64,000 bases of DNA, from NCBI GenBank assembly GCA_043228905.1, contig JBHGNT010000016.1:6324001-6388000 (forward strand), in the 5' to 3' direction. Below are positions 1 to 12,400 of the stretch, one piece after another. A program made the position numbers and the translations under genes. The DNA is from Azolla caroliniana. Taxonomy: Eukaryota > Plantae > Polypodiophyta. How positions within the stretch are numbered: position 1 is the stretch's first letter; the number at the start of each line of letters is the position of its first letter. The notes beneath the pieces are model-generated. The model saw nothing but the letters and a program-made list of their open reading frames with translations, made no database searches and was not told the DNA's origin.

Positions 1-163
1 CACCGGGCCTGCGTCATCCAGTTCTCACCGGGTCTTCCTTGCCGGGTACTCTACATCTGGTTCTCACCAGGTCTTCCGTTGCCAAGTACTCCTCATCCGG
101 TTCTCATCAGGTTTTCCGTTGCCAGGTACTCATATCCCATCCGGAGGGACCGAAATCCTAACA
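1..163 (-). mobile_element. Terminus of a probable LTR retrotransposon LTR (runs off the window start)
   Basis: GC-rich block ending ...GAAATCCTAACA at 163 (reads TGTTAGGATTTCGG... on the - strand, a TG-start LTR-like end). Composition switches abruptly to AT-rich LINE-like DNA after 163. Confidence 0.45.
15..133. repeat. ~40-bp tandem repeat x3 (CATCCGGTTCTCACCAGGTCTTCCGTTGCCAGGTACTC)
   Basis: Three diverged copies starting at ~15, 54 and 94. Confidence 0.85.
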
Positions 164-299
164 CTTCGAACTATGAACATCTCTTCTTAGGAAGGAGACA
201 CACATCAAGAAAACTTATCTACTCATGTCCCATTGGTCAATATTGGTCTCTCTACAAACACTAAAAAACATCTAATCTCATGTCGTTTTCTTTACATTG

Positions 300-1620
300 A
301 TTCTAAACATATATAACTTTTCTAATCAACTTGAAGCCCAAACTCAATGCATATAACTCTATTTATTTGTGGTGGTACATCAATACCAAGATACTTGAAG
401 CTTCACACATATTCTACATGTATGATTTTCTTCCTATTTGTAAGTGTAGAGTATTGTCAATATTGAATAGCACTACACAATTTTGTTTTATCCACATTCA
501 CACTTAGTCCATTGTGAAGGCTACATTATTCTAATGCTCCAAGTAAATGTTACATACCATCAACATCAATATGATAAGAAGAGAACCACATCATCCGCGT
601 ATTTAAATATAATAAGAATATAACTTGTTGCGTAACGTTTTGAGCATCCAATTCTTCTTCTTTTGCAACACTTCTTCCAAGTTACAACGCATGAGCCAAA
701 TAGTGTAGGTGATAATGGACATATTTGCTTAACCCCCATGCTCCTTAAAAAGGTATTTTGAAAATCCATAGATATTTTTTAGTTGGCATCTAAATTGCTC
801 ATATTATCATGCAATTGAAACTCAATACTCTAATGACATGCCAATTTCCACTATTCTATTCCAATCTCGCTTTGTGATACTATATCACAAACCTTTTTGG
901 GATGAAGAAAACAGTGATTGAGTGTTTTCCCTTGCAGACAACTTTTTTATGTAAATACACTTAATGTAACCAAATGATCCACCATGAAGTGTTTTTCTAT
1001 ATAACATACTTGCCTAACTGCCCATTTATTTTTGCTTTTGGCTCATGATAGTGCTATACACTTCACCGCTAGTTGATCTCAACATGATTGTGGCTAATTT
1101 GATATGTAATTCTTATATCATGCATTGAATATTGACGTAGTCTAATTCATGAGCCAATCATTTGGAAAACCTTGTTTAATAGCTTGACAATAATAGTCAT
1201 TATCAAGTGATAAGTATTTGGCCTTATCCATTTTAAGATCTCACTCTACTAAGAGTTACCTTTGTTACTTTGCCATTGACCATATTTTTTTCGTTCCCTT
1301 ACTGACACCCTCATAATCAATGCATGTATTACAAGGTGTTTCGTTGTCCTCAATAGGAGTCACTCCCTCACGCATATATAGCCTTTATATATATTCTAGC
1401 ATCTCTTCCATATATTGGCATGGAAACCTACACCCCTTTCTTATGTGTACAACAAAATATGTTGATAAACAAAGCTTCGTGGTGGTAAGAATGTTTATGT
1501 GCCAACTTCAGTGATAAAAGAAGGAATGTAAACTCATTGAGATCATAAGAATATATGTTTGCTCAACATGATCAAGGTGTAGGCCCCTATCTTGTCGATA
1601 TCACGATGTCCTTCCAAATT
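300..1620 (-). mobile_element. Degenerate non-LTR retrotransposon (RTE-like LINE), RT region
   Basis: ORF 566-769 has GVKQICPLSPTLFG and YADDVVL RT motifs. Nucleotide similarity to the LINE at 39-42 kb (e.g. GTCACTCCCTCA.GCATATATA at ~1360 and ~40824). Confidence 0.75.
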
Positions 1621-2297
1621 CATGAAATGAAAATCACTTGTTTTAGTTCACGACAATAAGAAAGTTGGATTGTGAATGAGGGTTTGAATCTTGCTCTGCG
1701 ACTTTTGGAGGGCTCGCTTGAGCAAGGCATGTTGAAGAAGAGAGTGCAACTATAAAATTTGAAACCAAGAAAGGGGGAAGGGGACTCATTGAAAAAACTA
1801 ATTTGTTCAAAATCTCCACACCTTGTGCATCTATGCCAGAGAAAAAGTTGAGTAGAAAACTATGTAAGGTAAAACCGAAAGACAATCGATCAGAACGATG
1901 TAACCCTTGCACATTGGATGTTGAGAAGGGGCCAATAACGTGCCAACATATATGTTAATTTACTAACACTCAAATGCAACTTTGTCTCACGACAAGAACT
2001 TGTCACTTTGAATGTAATACATACCCATGAAAACACCATCCATAGAGGCATAGATTATTGAATACGGTATAAGATGATCCAGTAGTGACCCAATCGAGAT
2101 AGTTTCGGGCCCCACCTGCCTAACAACACGAGAGAGAGAGATCTAGAGATCCACTACATAAATATTGAAAAAAATTGCCTTGCCACATTATGCTTTTTGT
2201 TTCCACTACATACATATTTAAAAAAAAAAGGAAATAATAGAAGAAGTGGTGATTAATGATTACGTAGTAAATAATCAATCACTAATCATTAATGATT

Positions 2298-2665
2298 AAG
2301 GATAATTGCGAAGAGTTAGTGGTCATTAGTAACAATTAATGAAGTAGTAGTAGTGTCACGCATAGTACGTAATATACTCGAATGCAATGGGAAAGCATTC
2401 GGTTTCACACGAATGAAAAACGAATGCGCATGTTATCAAAACATTCTTATGTTTTTCTACACTTTTTACCTTAAATTTTTTTAAAGGATAATTGCGAAGA
2501 GTCAGTGGTCATTAGTAACAAACAATTAATGAAGTAGTAGTAGTGTCACGCATAGTACGTAATATACTCGAATGCAATGGGAAAACTTTCGGTTTCACAC
2601 GAATGAAACGAATGCGCATGTTATAAAAAACATTCGTATGTTACTTTTTAGCTTAAATTATTTTT
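2298..2665. repeat. ~186-bp tandem duplication covering the left part of a MITE and its flank
   Basis: AAGGATAATTGCGAAGAGT...GTAGTAGTAGTGTCACGCATAGTACGTAATATACTCGAATGC occurs at 2298 and 2484. Confidence 0.9.
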
Positions 2666-2800
2666 GTAACCTTATAATAAAATAGTGAATAGAAAAGTAT
2701 GGTATTTACCATACGTCGAGGGTGTTTACCATACTCGAATGATGGAAACACTCGCAAGAATGCGAATGCACGTATGTTACGTATGGTTCATACTAGTGTG
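2547..2800. mobile_element. MITE copy homologous (inverted) to the hAT MITE at 17998-18267
   Basis: 2674-2795 matches the reverse complement of ~18007-18130 (GGTATTTACCATAC.TCGAGGGTG.TTACC.TACTCGAATG...GAATGCGAATG.ACGTATG.TAC.TATGGTTCATA). The termini are diverged and no clear TSD is visible. Confidence 0.75.
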
Positions 2801-2899
2801 TAATGGAAGAACAAAAATCCAGAATGAGCGAGCGAGCACACACCGAAAAAGCGAAGTAAAAATGAAGAAGAAGAAGACTATAAAAATATTAATATTCGT

Positions 2900-3140
2900 C
2901 TTTCTCTGTCTCTCTCTTCTTTCTCTGCATTTTCTCTGCGTAAATCTCTTCTCTCCTTCCATCTCTCTCGCGCGCGCGCAGACGCAGACACAGACGATGC
3001 ACAGAGACAGACAGAGACAGAGAAAGTGAGAGACAGAGACACAGAAGATACACAGAGACAGACAGAGACAGAGAGGCAGAGAAAGAGAAAGAGAAAGAGA
3101 CAGAGAAAGAGAAAGAGAGGGAGAGGGAGAGGGAGAGATC
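2900..3140. promoter_or_regulatory. CT/GA-rich microsatellite block in the CHC promoter/5'UTR (GAGA-element-like)
   Basis: Long (GACAGA)n/(GA)n and (CT)n tracts 170-400 bp upstream of the ATG. The regulatory role is inferred from BBR/BPC GA-repeat binding in plants. Confidence 0.45.
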
Positions 3141-3313
3141 CATTGCTTGGCACATCTAATTATTCTCTCCCTCCTCCCTCATGAAATGAAGTTGTTGCCT
3201 TCCGTCGGCCGTTTGTATATGCTGATGTTCTCCCTCTGATTTTGCTAGGTCTCCCTGTGTTCTTTTTCTTTCTTTCTTTTTTGTCTCACATCGCTTCTTC
3301 TTCTTCTGTCTCC

Positions 3314-3378
3314 ATGGCTGCTGCCAGCGCCCCCATCGCTATGAAAGAGCTCCTCACGGTAAGAGTTTCTCGTCTTTT

Positions 3379-3424
<46 letters not shown>

Positions 3425-6400
3425 AGTGTGTTGCACACTGAAATGATCTTCCTGGATGTTCGCTTGGAGACCTTCGATTTTGCTAGCTCTAATTGCAGAA
3501 CATGTAAAAAAATCTTTGCTCGGGAGAAGAGCATCCGTCTTAGATCTCGCTCTTAAATGTTCATGTCCCAGTTCGAGGAAACAGTTCTACTAGCACAGGG
3601 TCACCCAAGCAGCAGATAATGCTCTCGTACCACATACTCAGTCATGGATCTTCAGAAATAGTTGAAGATTGAGCCCTGGATTTGCAAGTTTAAAAAGCGA
3701 AACGGTTATTTCTTTCCTGAGATGGCAAGGGATCACACATACTTACGCAGATCTAGCTCATAAGGATTGAAATGATACTACGACCAAGAAGCTTATGGTT
3801 ACTGGATCAAATAAGTGTAAAATCTTCAGTTCAGGCATAGATCTTCCGAAATGTGTGGACTTTCGGCCATTATTTGCTAGTTTCAGAGGAACAAAAGTTA
3901 CCTTTTTTCCTAATATGACTATGATTCACATTCAATGATGCAGATCTAGCTCATAAGTATTCATATTGTACTACGATGAAGATGTTCCATGGCCGCCGGA
4001 TCAAATATGGGAAAAATAAAGTCTTTCCTGTACAGACAGTCAAAGATATTTGGAAGTGGCTGGATTTTACAGCCTTCACTTTAGTAGTTTCAGAGAAAAA
4101 CAGATAATGTTCCCAGACAAGGAGGGATTTCATAGAGGAGGAAATCAGATCTGGCTCATAGAAGTTCATATGATAGGAGGAAGTAGTTTCCTGAATGCAG
4201 CAGAGGAAATCAATCAAAAATGTGTTCTTTCTTATTTCAGCCTTGGATTTGCTACTTCTAATGTGAAACAGCGCTTTTGCTTCAGATGAAGTATCACGCA
4301 TATTTATGCAGATCTAGATCATAAGGATTTGTATTATAGGAGGAAGCAGTCTCAACAGACATATGAGCTACCACCAAATGCATTTTTCTGCACACATAGT
4401 CATTAACTTTGTAAACCTGAAGAGATTCATCTCATGAATTTTTTTGTTTGAAGACACCTAGATCTTCTGTATATAGAGGAGTTAGAATCATGCAATTTCG
4501 TGAAGTGTCTGCTTTTCCCCAGAGATTATGATCTCTGGATTTCTCTATAATCACAGTGGTAATGTGAGTTTTTCTGTGAATAAGTGGAGATATTGCTGTG
4601 ATAAGGGAATATAATGCGAGGAATGGAGGTGTGCTTTTACAAGAAGATCCTCTGTTTGAAATGGGGATTTTCGGTTATGAGCTCAGTTTGATGTGATCAG
4701 CGGAGATTTTTTGTTATAGAAGGCCTTATGCAGTTTCTTAAGCAATGCAGATTTCTAGATCTGATGCTTCTGATTATGATTTAACATTGCTTACCAATTC
4801 TTTTGTTTTACGAGATCATTTAAGGTCTTTTCATGAATGTGCAGCTGCCAAGCTTGGGAGTTAACCAACAGTTCATCACTTTCACACATGTGACAATGGA
4901 GTCAGAGAAGTACATATGTGTCCGTGAAACAGCTCCTCAGAACAGTGTGGTCATTATTGACATGAGCATGCCTATGCAACCTCTTCGCCGTCCCATCACT
5001 GCAGACTCTGCTCTCATGAACCCTAACAACAGAATTCTTGCGTTGAAAGGTAGACTCACCAGTTTTTGATGTGTAAGGGCCATTAATATGACCCTGCTGC
5101 TTATTTTTGATGTTCCTGAAAGAAATGTTTATTTGGAAAAAATCCAAGCTCAAAGTTGTGAATTATGACGAATTCCTAATCTCTATAACTATTTTCAGTT
5201 ACTCTTTCTTCTCAAGGCATGTAAGCATTGCAGTTTACAGAACTAGCAAATGATGCTCCATAGAAATAGATTTTATGTGCAGCATTTCATCAACAGTTCT
5301 TCATGGCTATTCGTTGTCATATAGATTTATGTAGAGGAATATTAGATGACTGAAAATCGTGTTAATTGCTATGGAAAATAGTGAATTATGCGGCAGGTGA
5401 TATAGCTATCATCTCTATGTCAACGACCTCTCTGTAATTTGTAGCATTCATGTTTCATGTTACTGATATTTGAATATGTATAATGCCTTTACTTAGTTGA
5501 ATGACCATACGTTTGTGGAGACTTCAGCAATTAATTTGAAAACTTCAGCTGATTCAGAGTTTCTTGTTGGGATATTTGCATGATGCATTCTGTGGGTGCA
5601 GAAGTGTTTTAAGGAAGTTTCCTATCATTGTGAGAAGATCCTTATCACCTTGGTGCACTTGCATTTCAAGGAATCCATAGTCTGAAGGGATCTTTATTAG
5701 TTTGTAATAACAGTTGGCTTCTTAATGCTGGATATTATGAGAAGCCATTATTTATTGTGTATTGTGTAATTATTTATAAACTATTTTAATTTTGCAGGAA
5801 ACACATGTTTTAGTGTTACTGTTTTCTTTTTGGCTCATGTACTTGATTAATGTGGGTTTTATATAATATCTTGAAACACTGGATTTTCTTCTTTAGCTGG
5901 ATCATCATGCATATCTAGCTTAAAGTTTTGCAGGAATTGGAACTGAGTTTAATTTTTATAATTTTATTAACCAGCTCAAATTCCTTCAACAACTCAGGAC
6001 CACTTACAGATATTCAACATTGAGTTAAAGGCTAAAATTAAATCATATCAAATGCCTGAGCAGGTGAGCTTTCTTAAGTAAACTTCATCTTTCTCGTTAA
6101 TTGCACTCTGTAATTGTAGTATCCATGGCCAACCTTTTCTGTAATTCACAATTGGGAAAATGATCCTGTTATAGGTGGTTTTCTGGAAATGGATCACTCC
6201 AACAATGCTTGGTCTCGTAACCCAGGCTGCCGTTTATCACTGGGCTCTTGAGGGTATCCAAATCCGACCAACTTTGTTCTTGTTTTCGTTTTTTTGTATG
6301 AAAGTGTGAGAGAATAATTGTTGTCCCTCATTGGTAGATGCCAGGCAGCCATGTAGTAAGAAATGTCTGTTTCCACTTTCTCCCCATAATCAAACAGTGA

Positions 6401-9400
6401 CAATAGCTGAAATGGCACATAATTGAGAAAATTCTATTTCCTCAGATCATGCGTTTCGTGTATATCAAGCAAAGTTCATTGTGCTTTTATGTGTTTTATA
6501 TGATAGGTGATTCGGAACCGATTCGGATGTTCGACCGTACAGCCAATCTTACAGGAAACCAGATCATAAATTACAGATGTGATCCTTCTGAGAAGTGGTT
6601 GGTTCTTATTGGAATTGCTCCAGGAGCAGCTGAGGTATAATTCTTTATTGTGAAGTTTTTAACTGAGAGAGCTACATACAACATTAATGTCAATTGCTAT
6701 TCTGAATTTTTATATTGCTTTTTGCAGCGTCCTCAGCTTGTGAAAGGTAACATGCAACTGTTCTCAGTTGATCAACAACGTAGTCAGGCTCTTGAAGCAC
6801 ATGCAGCAAGTTTTGCAAGTTTTAAGGTTTGTTTCATGCATATAAAATCGTTGACAATGCGTGTTTTATTTTGGTATTAACAATTTATCTAAGCTTCAAT
6901 ATGTGCAAATTGGGGTTTCTAGGCTCCTGGAAATGACACTTCATCAATTCTGATCGCGTTTGCAACCAAAACTATCTCAGGAGGACAGCTTACCTCAAAG
7001 CTCCACGTGATTGAACTTGGTGCACAGCCAGGTATAAAGACTTCACTTTGAGTTCAGGACATCTTTTCTCCCTCATGATTAAGCTTGTGTTCTCATTAAG
7101 ACTGCTTGAAATCGTTTTTGATATATACATATTTGCGTGTCTGCTATCCGGAGATTTGACTTTGATGCTTGACTTCATTGTGCTCATGGTTTGGACTGTC
7201 TAAAGGGAATTCAGGATATTTGCTTTTTGTAACCTATCTCTTTCTTCTTTAGTATGAGCAGAACAATGTAATGCAGAATCAACTTATAGTGCCTGAATGT
7301 GGGCTCTATTCATGTTTTGTGTATTCATTGACATTCTTGTTAGAATACTGTGAATTGTCTTTGGCCTGAAACATGAAAAAAGCAAATAGACAAAAGAATG
7401 ATTTCAACTACTGCATTGCAGTGCAACCTAAAGTTGTATGTGCTCATTTTTCCCAAGAAACAGAGGTGTTCTTTCTAATTTGACCTGCTGGCGATTCTCT
7501 AAAGCTAGGTTCACCCATTTTGTTTTCAATTATCTTTATTTGGGCTGAAATCATTCTAACTGGTGAGCAGGCAAGCCTGGATTCTCAAAAAAACAGGCTG
7601 ATCTATTCTTTCCCCCAGACTTCGCAGATGACTTTCCTGTTTCAATGCAGGTTGGTTTAGTCATAACTGATTGTATATTTGCTTCAATAACAGTCTGTCC
7701 ACATCCTCATCCGTTTTTGTTGTTCACATTTGTATTCAGGTTTCAAACAAATACAGCTTAATATATGTTGTCACAAAGCTAGGTCTTTTATTTGTTTATG
7801 ACCTTGAGACTGCAACTGCAGTGTATAGAAATCGTATTAGTCCAGATCCTATTTTTCTTACTGTGGATTCTCCTGCCACTGGAGGTTTCTATGCTATTAA
7901 TAGGCGAGGTCAAGTCTTACTTGCTACCGTGAATGAATCTACAATCGTACCTTTTGTCAGTGGGCAGGTGTTGTGTTTCCCTTGTTTCCAAGAACTTTTT
8001 TTGAGCTCATTTAGTTAAAACGGAATTTCACTAGCTATTTTTCAACCTGCAGTTAAATAATCTTGAACTAGCTGTTAATCTTGCCAAACGAGGAAATCTA
8101 CCTGGTGCTGAAAATCTGGTAAGCTCGTTCTTTACCTATACATCACAATGTTTTATTGTTTGGTTGTAATTTTGATGTATTAGATTGTTGAAAAGAATCG
8201 GTATAGATCAATACTTTTTTCTGACCAATAGTATTTACAATAAGCTGACAAACTGGTCTTAACTATTTACATCCACGCCTGAATAGGTGGTCCAAAGGTT
8301 CCATGAACTGTTTTCTCAAATGAAATATAAGGAAGCAGCAGAACTTGCAGCAGAGTCTCCTCAAGGCATTTTACGAACTCCTGATACTGTAGCTAAGTTT
8401 CAGGTATGTTCATCAGGGTTTGCAGCTGATCTTTACAGCTAAATTAAAATTATCTCACGTTGTATGCTTTATTGTTTGACCTCAGAGTGTACCTGTACAA
8501 GCTGGTCAAACTCCTCCGTTACTGCAATATTTTGGAACCTTGCTCACAAAAGGAAAACTCAATGCCTTTGAATCACTGGAGTTATCGCGACTCGTAGTAA
8601 ACCAAAATAAAAAGAACTTGCTGGAAAACTGGCTGGCAGAAGACAAATTGGAGTGTAGTGAGGAACTCGGGGATCTTGTCAAGGTAGTTGTTGTTTTTGT
8701 GATTCTTAGACACGAATAATCAAAGTGCAGAGTATGTGTGCTCACTTCTGCTTCTTTCTGCTATGTAGACAGTGGACAACGATATGGCTTTGAAAATATA
8801 TATCAAGGCACGGGCTACTCCTAAAGTTGTTGCAGCATTTGCTGAAAGGCGAGAATTTGACAAAATCCTGATCTACTCGAAACAGGTTTGTGAAGTCCCT
8901 CAGAACAGTTATACAGAATTTTTTGGGCTATTTGTCCGGTTTATTTATGTCAATTTCTTTACACAGGTTGGATATACTCCTGATTACTTGTTTCTTCTTC
9001 AAACACTTCTGCGAACAGATGCACAGGTATTTTCTTGTTTATATTCTCTTTCACGATAAAAAACTCATATGCAACTTCACTTATTTAGTTCATGAATTTC
9101 TAACATGTAAGCATCTCTTTTCTATCATTCTTGTACATCTGATTCATCCCAAATGCTGATTTTGGCCTAAATAGACTTTAGAAAATATTTCTTTCTCTAA
9201 TCTCTTTTCGTTTGCAAGGGTGCTGTCAATTTTGCATTGATGATGTCCCAAATGGAGGGTGGATGCCCAGTTGATTATAACATTATCACAGATTTGTTTC
9301 TTCAGGTAATGTTATCTATCAAAATAACGTGATAAAACTGTTACTGTAAGGATGATTAAATATATTCCCTTTGCACTTATGAAAGTTTCTTATTTTTTTC

Positions 9401-12400
9401 AGCGTAACTTGATAAGAGAGGCCACATCCTTCTTATTAGATGTTTTGAAACCAAACCTTCCAGAGCATGCCATGTTGCAGACTAAGGTACTTAATTAATT
9501 AGACAGTGCAGCTGTTTATGTTGAAGTGCTTGTCTAAAGTTTTTTGTGCGTTTCTTGTAGGTTCTGGAAATTAATCTTGTCACATTCCCAAATGTTGCTG
9601 ATGCTATTTTAGCAAATGGAATGTTTAGTCACTATGATCGCCCACGTATTGCACAACTCTGTGAGAAAGCAGGACTGTATATGCGTGCACTCCAGGTATT
9701 TATGAGTATGCCTTGGTATATTTCTGCAGTTTGTTGTCTGATTGTTTTGAAGCTTGAGGTCTCACATCAAAACTCTACAGCATTATACTGAATTAACAGA
9801 CATAAAGCGGATTATAATCAATACTCATGCGATTGAGCCGCAGGTTCCTTCTTTTATAAACATTTTTGATAAGCCATTCATTTTTATTTACTTCTATGAA
9901 AAAGTACAGATATTTATTTACATGTTTGTTGTACTGGCAGGCTCTAGTGGAATTTTTTGGGACACTGTCCAAAGATTGGGCACTGGATTGCATGAAAGAA
10001 CTTTTATTGGTCAATATGCGTGGCAATTTGCAGATTATTGTGCAGGCAAGCTAGCTCTCATGTCCATTTATGTTGATTTCCCTTTGGCTGTGTGCATATG
10101 GCATATGGCAATGGATTGTTATGAGGCAGAACTACTATGTTATAGGTTGCAAAAGAGTACTCTGAACAACTTGGAGTGGATGGGTGTGTAAAACTCTTTG
10201 AGCAGTTCAAGTCCTATGAAGGCCTCTACTTTTTCCTTGGGTCTTATCTAAGTTCAAGGTAATAAATAGCTACATGGTGATAATTAGATTGTGGATACAT
10301 TTCTTTCGGTACTTGATGAGAATTGTTGGGTACTATTGGATAAATTGATATTATAATGCTGAGCATATTTTTGAGCCCTTTCATTTTGCTTTAAATGATT
10401 CTAACTCTCAGCGAGGATCCTGATATACACTTCAAATACATCGAGGCTGCTGCTAAGACTGGGCAGATTAAAGAAGTTGAACGTGTGACAAGGGAGTCAA
10501 ATTTTTATGATGCCGAAAAAACCAAAAACTTCCTCATGGAAGCTAAACTTCCTGATGCTCGTCCACTGATTAATGTTTGTGATCGGTTTGGTTTTGTTCC
10601 GGATCTTACTCACTTCCTTTATGCAAACAACATGCTTCGCTATATTGAAGGATATGTGCAGAAGGTGAGAAATCTTTGAAAGAATGATTAACAGCAGCAT
10701 ATAATTTTAGTGCTTAGAATACCCTGACGTTCTTCATGAAATCTGAAAATCAGCATGATATTCTTTCAGGTAAATCCAAGCAATGCTCCCCTTGTTGTTG
10801 GCCAGTTGTTAGATGATGATTGCCCCGATGATTTCATCAAAGGCTTGATCCTGTCTGTTCGGTCTCTTCTTCCAGTTGAGCCTCTTGTTGAAGAGTGCGA
10901 GAAAAGGTAACATTCTTTCCATTTTGGTATTTTCAGAATTTGCTAGATTGTTTTATGTGTGTTTCTCAGTGTTTGTTAGATGGTTTCATGTGTTATTTTG
11001 GAATTTGGTGAACATTTTCCTGTGAATATTTCTTTTTTTATTCCAGGAATCGCCTGAAGCTCCTTACCCAATTTCTGGAGCATCTTGTTAGCGAGGGAAG
11101 TCAAGATGTTCATGTCCATAATGCACTTGGAAAGATAATCATAGACACCAATAATAACCCAGAACACTTCCTGACTACCAATCCGTACTATGATTCTCGA
11201 GTTGTGGGAAAATACTGTGAGAAAAGAGATCCAACATTGGCAGTGGTTGCATATAGGCGTGGTCAGTGTGATGATGAGTTGGTCAATGTGACCAATAAGA
11301 ATTCTCTTTTTAAACTCCAAGCAAGGTATGCATAAACAGTACATGCTAGTATTCTATCTAAATGTCTATTCAATTGCACAATGAGAATCAATTGTGTTTA
11401 ATTCTATTTCAGATATGTTGTGGAACGGATGGATTCAGATCTATGGGCAAAAGTGCTTGATCCGGAAAATCCTTACAGACGCCAGCTCATTGATCAGGTT
11501 GTGTCAACAGCATTACCAGAGAGCAAGAATCCTGAGCAGGTTTCAGGCACAGTGAAAGCTTTCATGACAGCAGATTTACCTCATGAGCTTATTGAACTCC
11601 TTGAGAAGATTGTACTTCAAAACTCAGCATTTAGTGGAAATCCAAACCTTCAGAACCTACTTATTCTCACTGCTATTAAAGCAGACAAGTCACGTGTTAT
11701 GGATTATGTTAACCGCCTTGATAATTTTGATGGTCCTGCTGTTGGTGAGATAGCTGTTGGTTCAGAATTGTATGAGGAGGCTTTCGCAATTTTCAAAAAA
11801 TTCAATTTGAATGTTCAAGCTGTCAATGTTCTTCTGGATAACATCCAGAGCATTGAGCGAGCTGTTGAGTTTGCATCTCGAGTTGAGGAGGATGAGGTCT
11901 GGAGTCAGGTGGCAAAAGCACAACTTAGACAAGGGCTTGTCAGTGATGCAATTGATTCCTTCATTCGAGCCAATGATGCTACTGAATTCCTTGATGTTAT
12001 ACGGGCTGCTGGGCAAACTGGAGCATTTGAAGACCTTGTTAAATATCTGCTGATGGTTAGGAGAAACGTGAAGGAGCCCAAGGTTGATTCTGAACTTATT
12101 TATGCATATGCCAAGATTGACAGATTGGGAGAAATAGAAGAGTTCATTTTGCAACCTAATGTGGCAAATCTACCTAATGTTGGTGATCGTCTGTATGATG
12201 AAGCTCTTTATGAGGCAGCAAAGATAATCTTCACTCACATATCTAACTGGCCGAGATTAGCAAGTACTTTGGTGAAATTGCACCAGTTCCAAGGTGCAGT
12301 GGATGCTGCACGCAAAGCTAATAGCTCAAGGACATGGAAAGAAGTGTGCTTTGCTTGTGTTGATGCGGAGGAGTTCAGGCTAGCGCAAATATGTGGTCTG

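Noticed and set aside
15-133. ~40-bp repeats as CRISPR-like array
   Set aside because: Head-to-tail diverged repeats with no spacers; typical of LTR U3 regions.
2049-2070. CATAGATT as the left TIR of another hAT element
   Set aside because: No matching right TIR or TSD found.
2685-3556. Cluster of short ORFs (RERERE / LSLSLS)
   Set aside because: Translations of GA/CT microsatellites; only 3314-3358 is real coding sequence.
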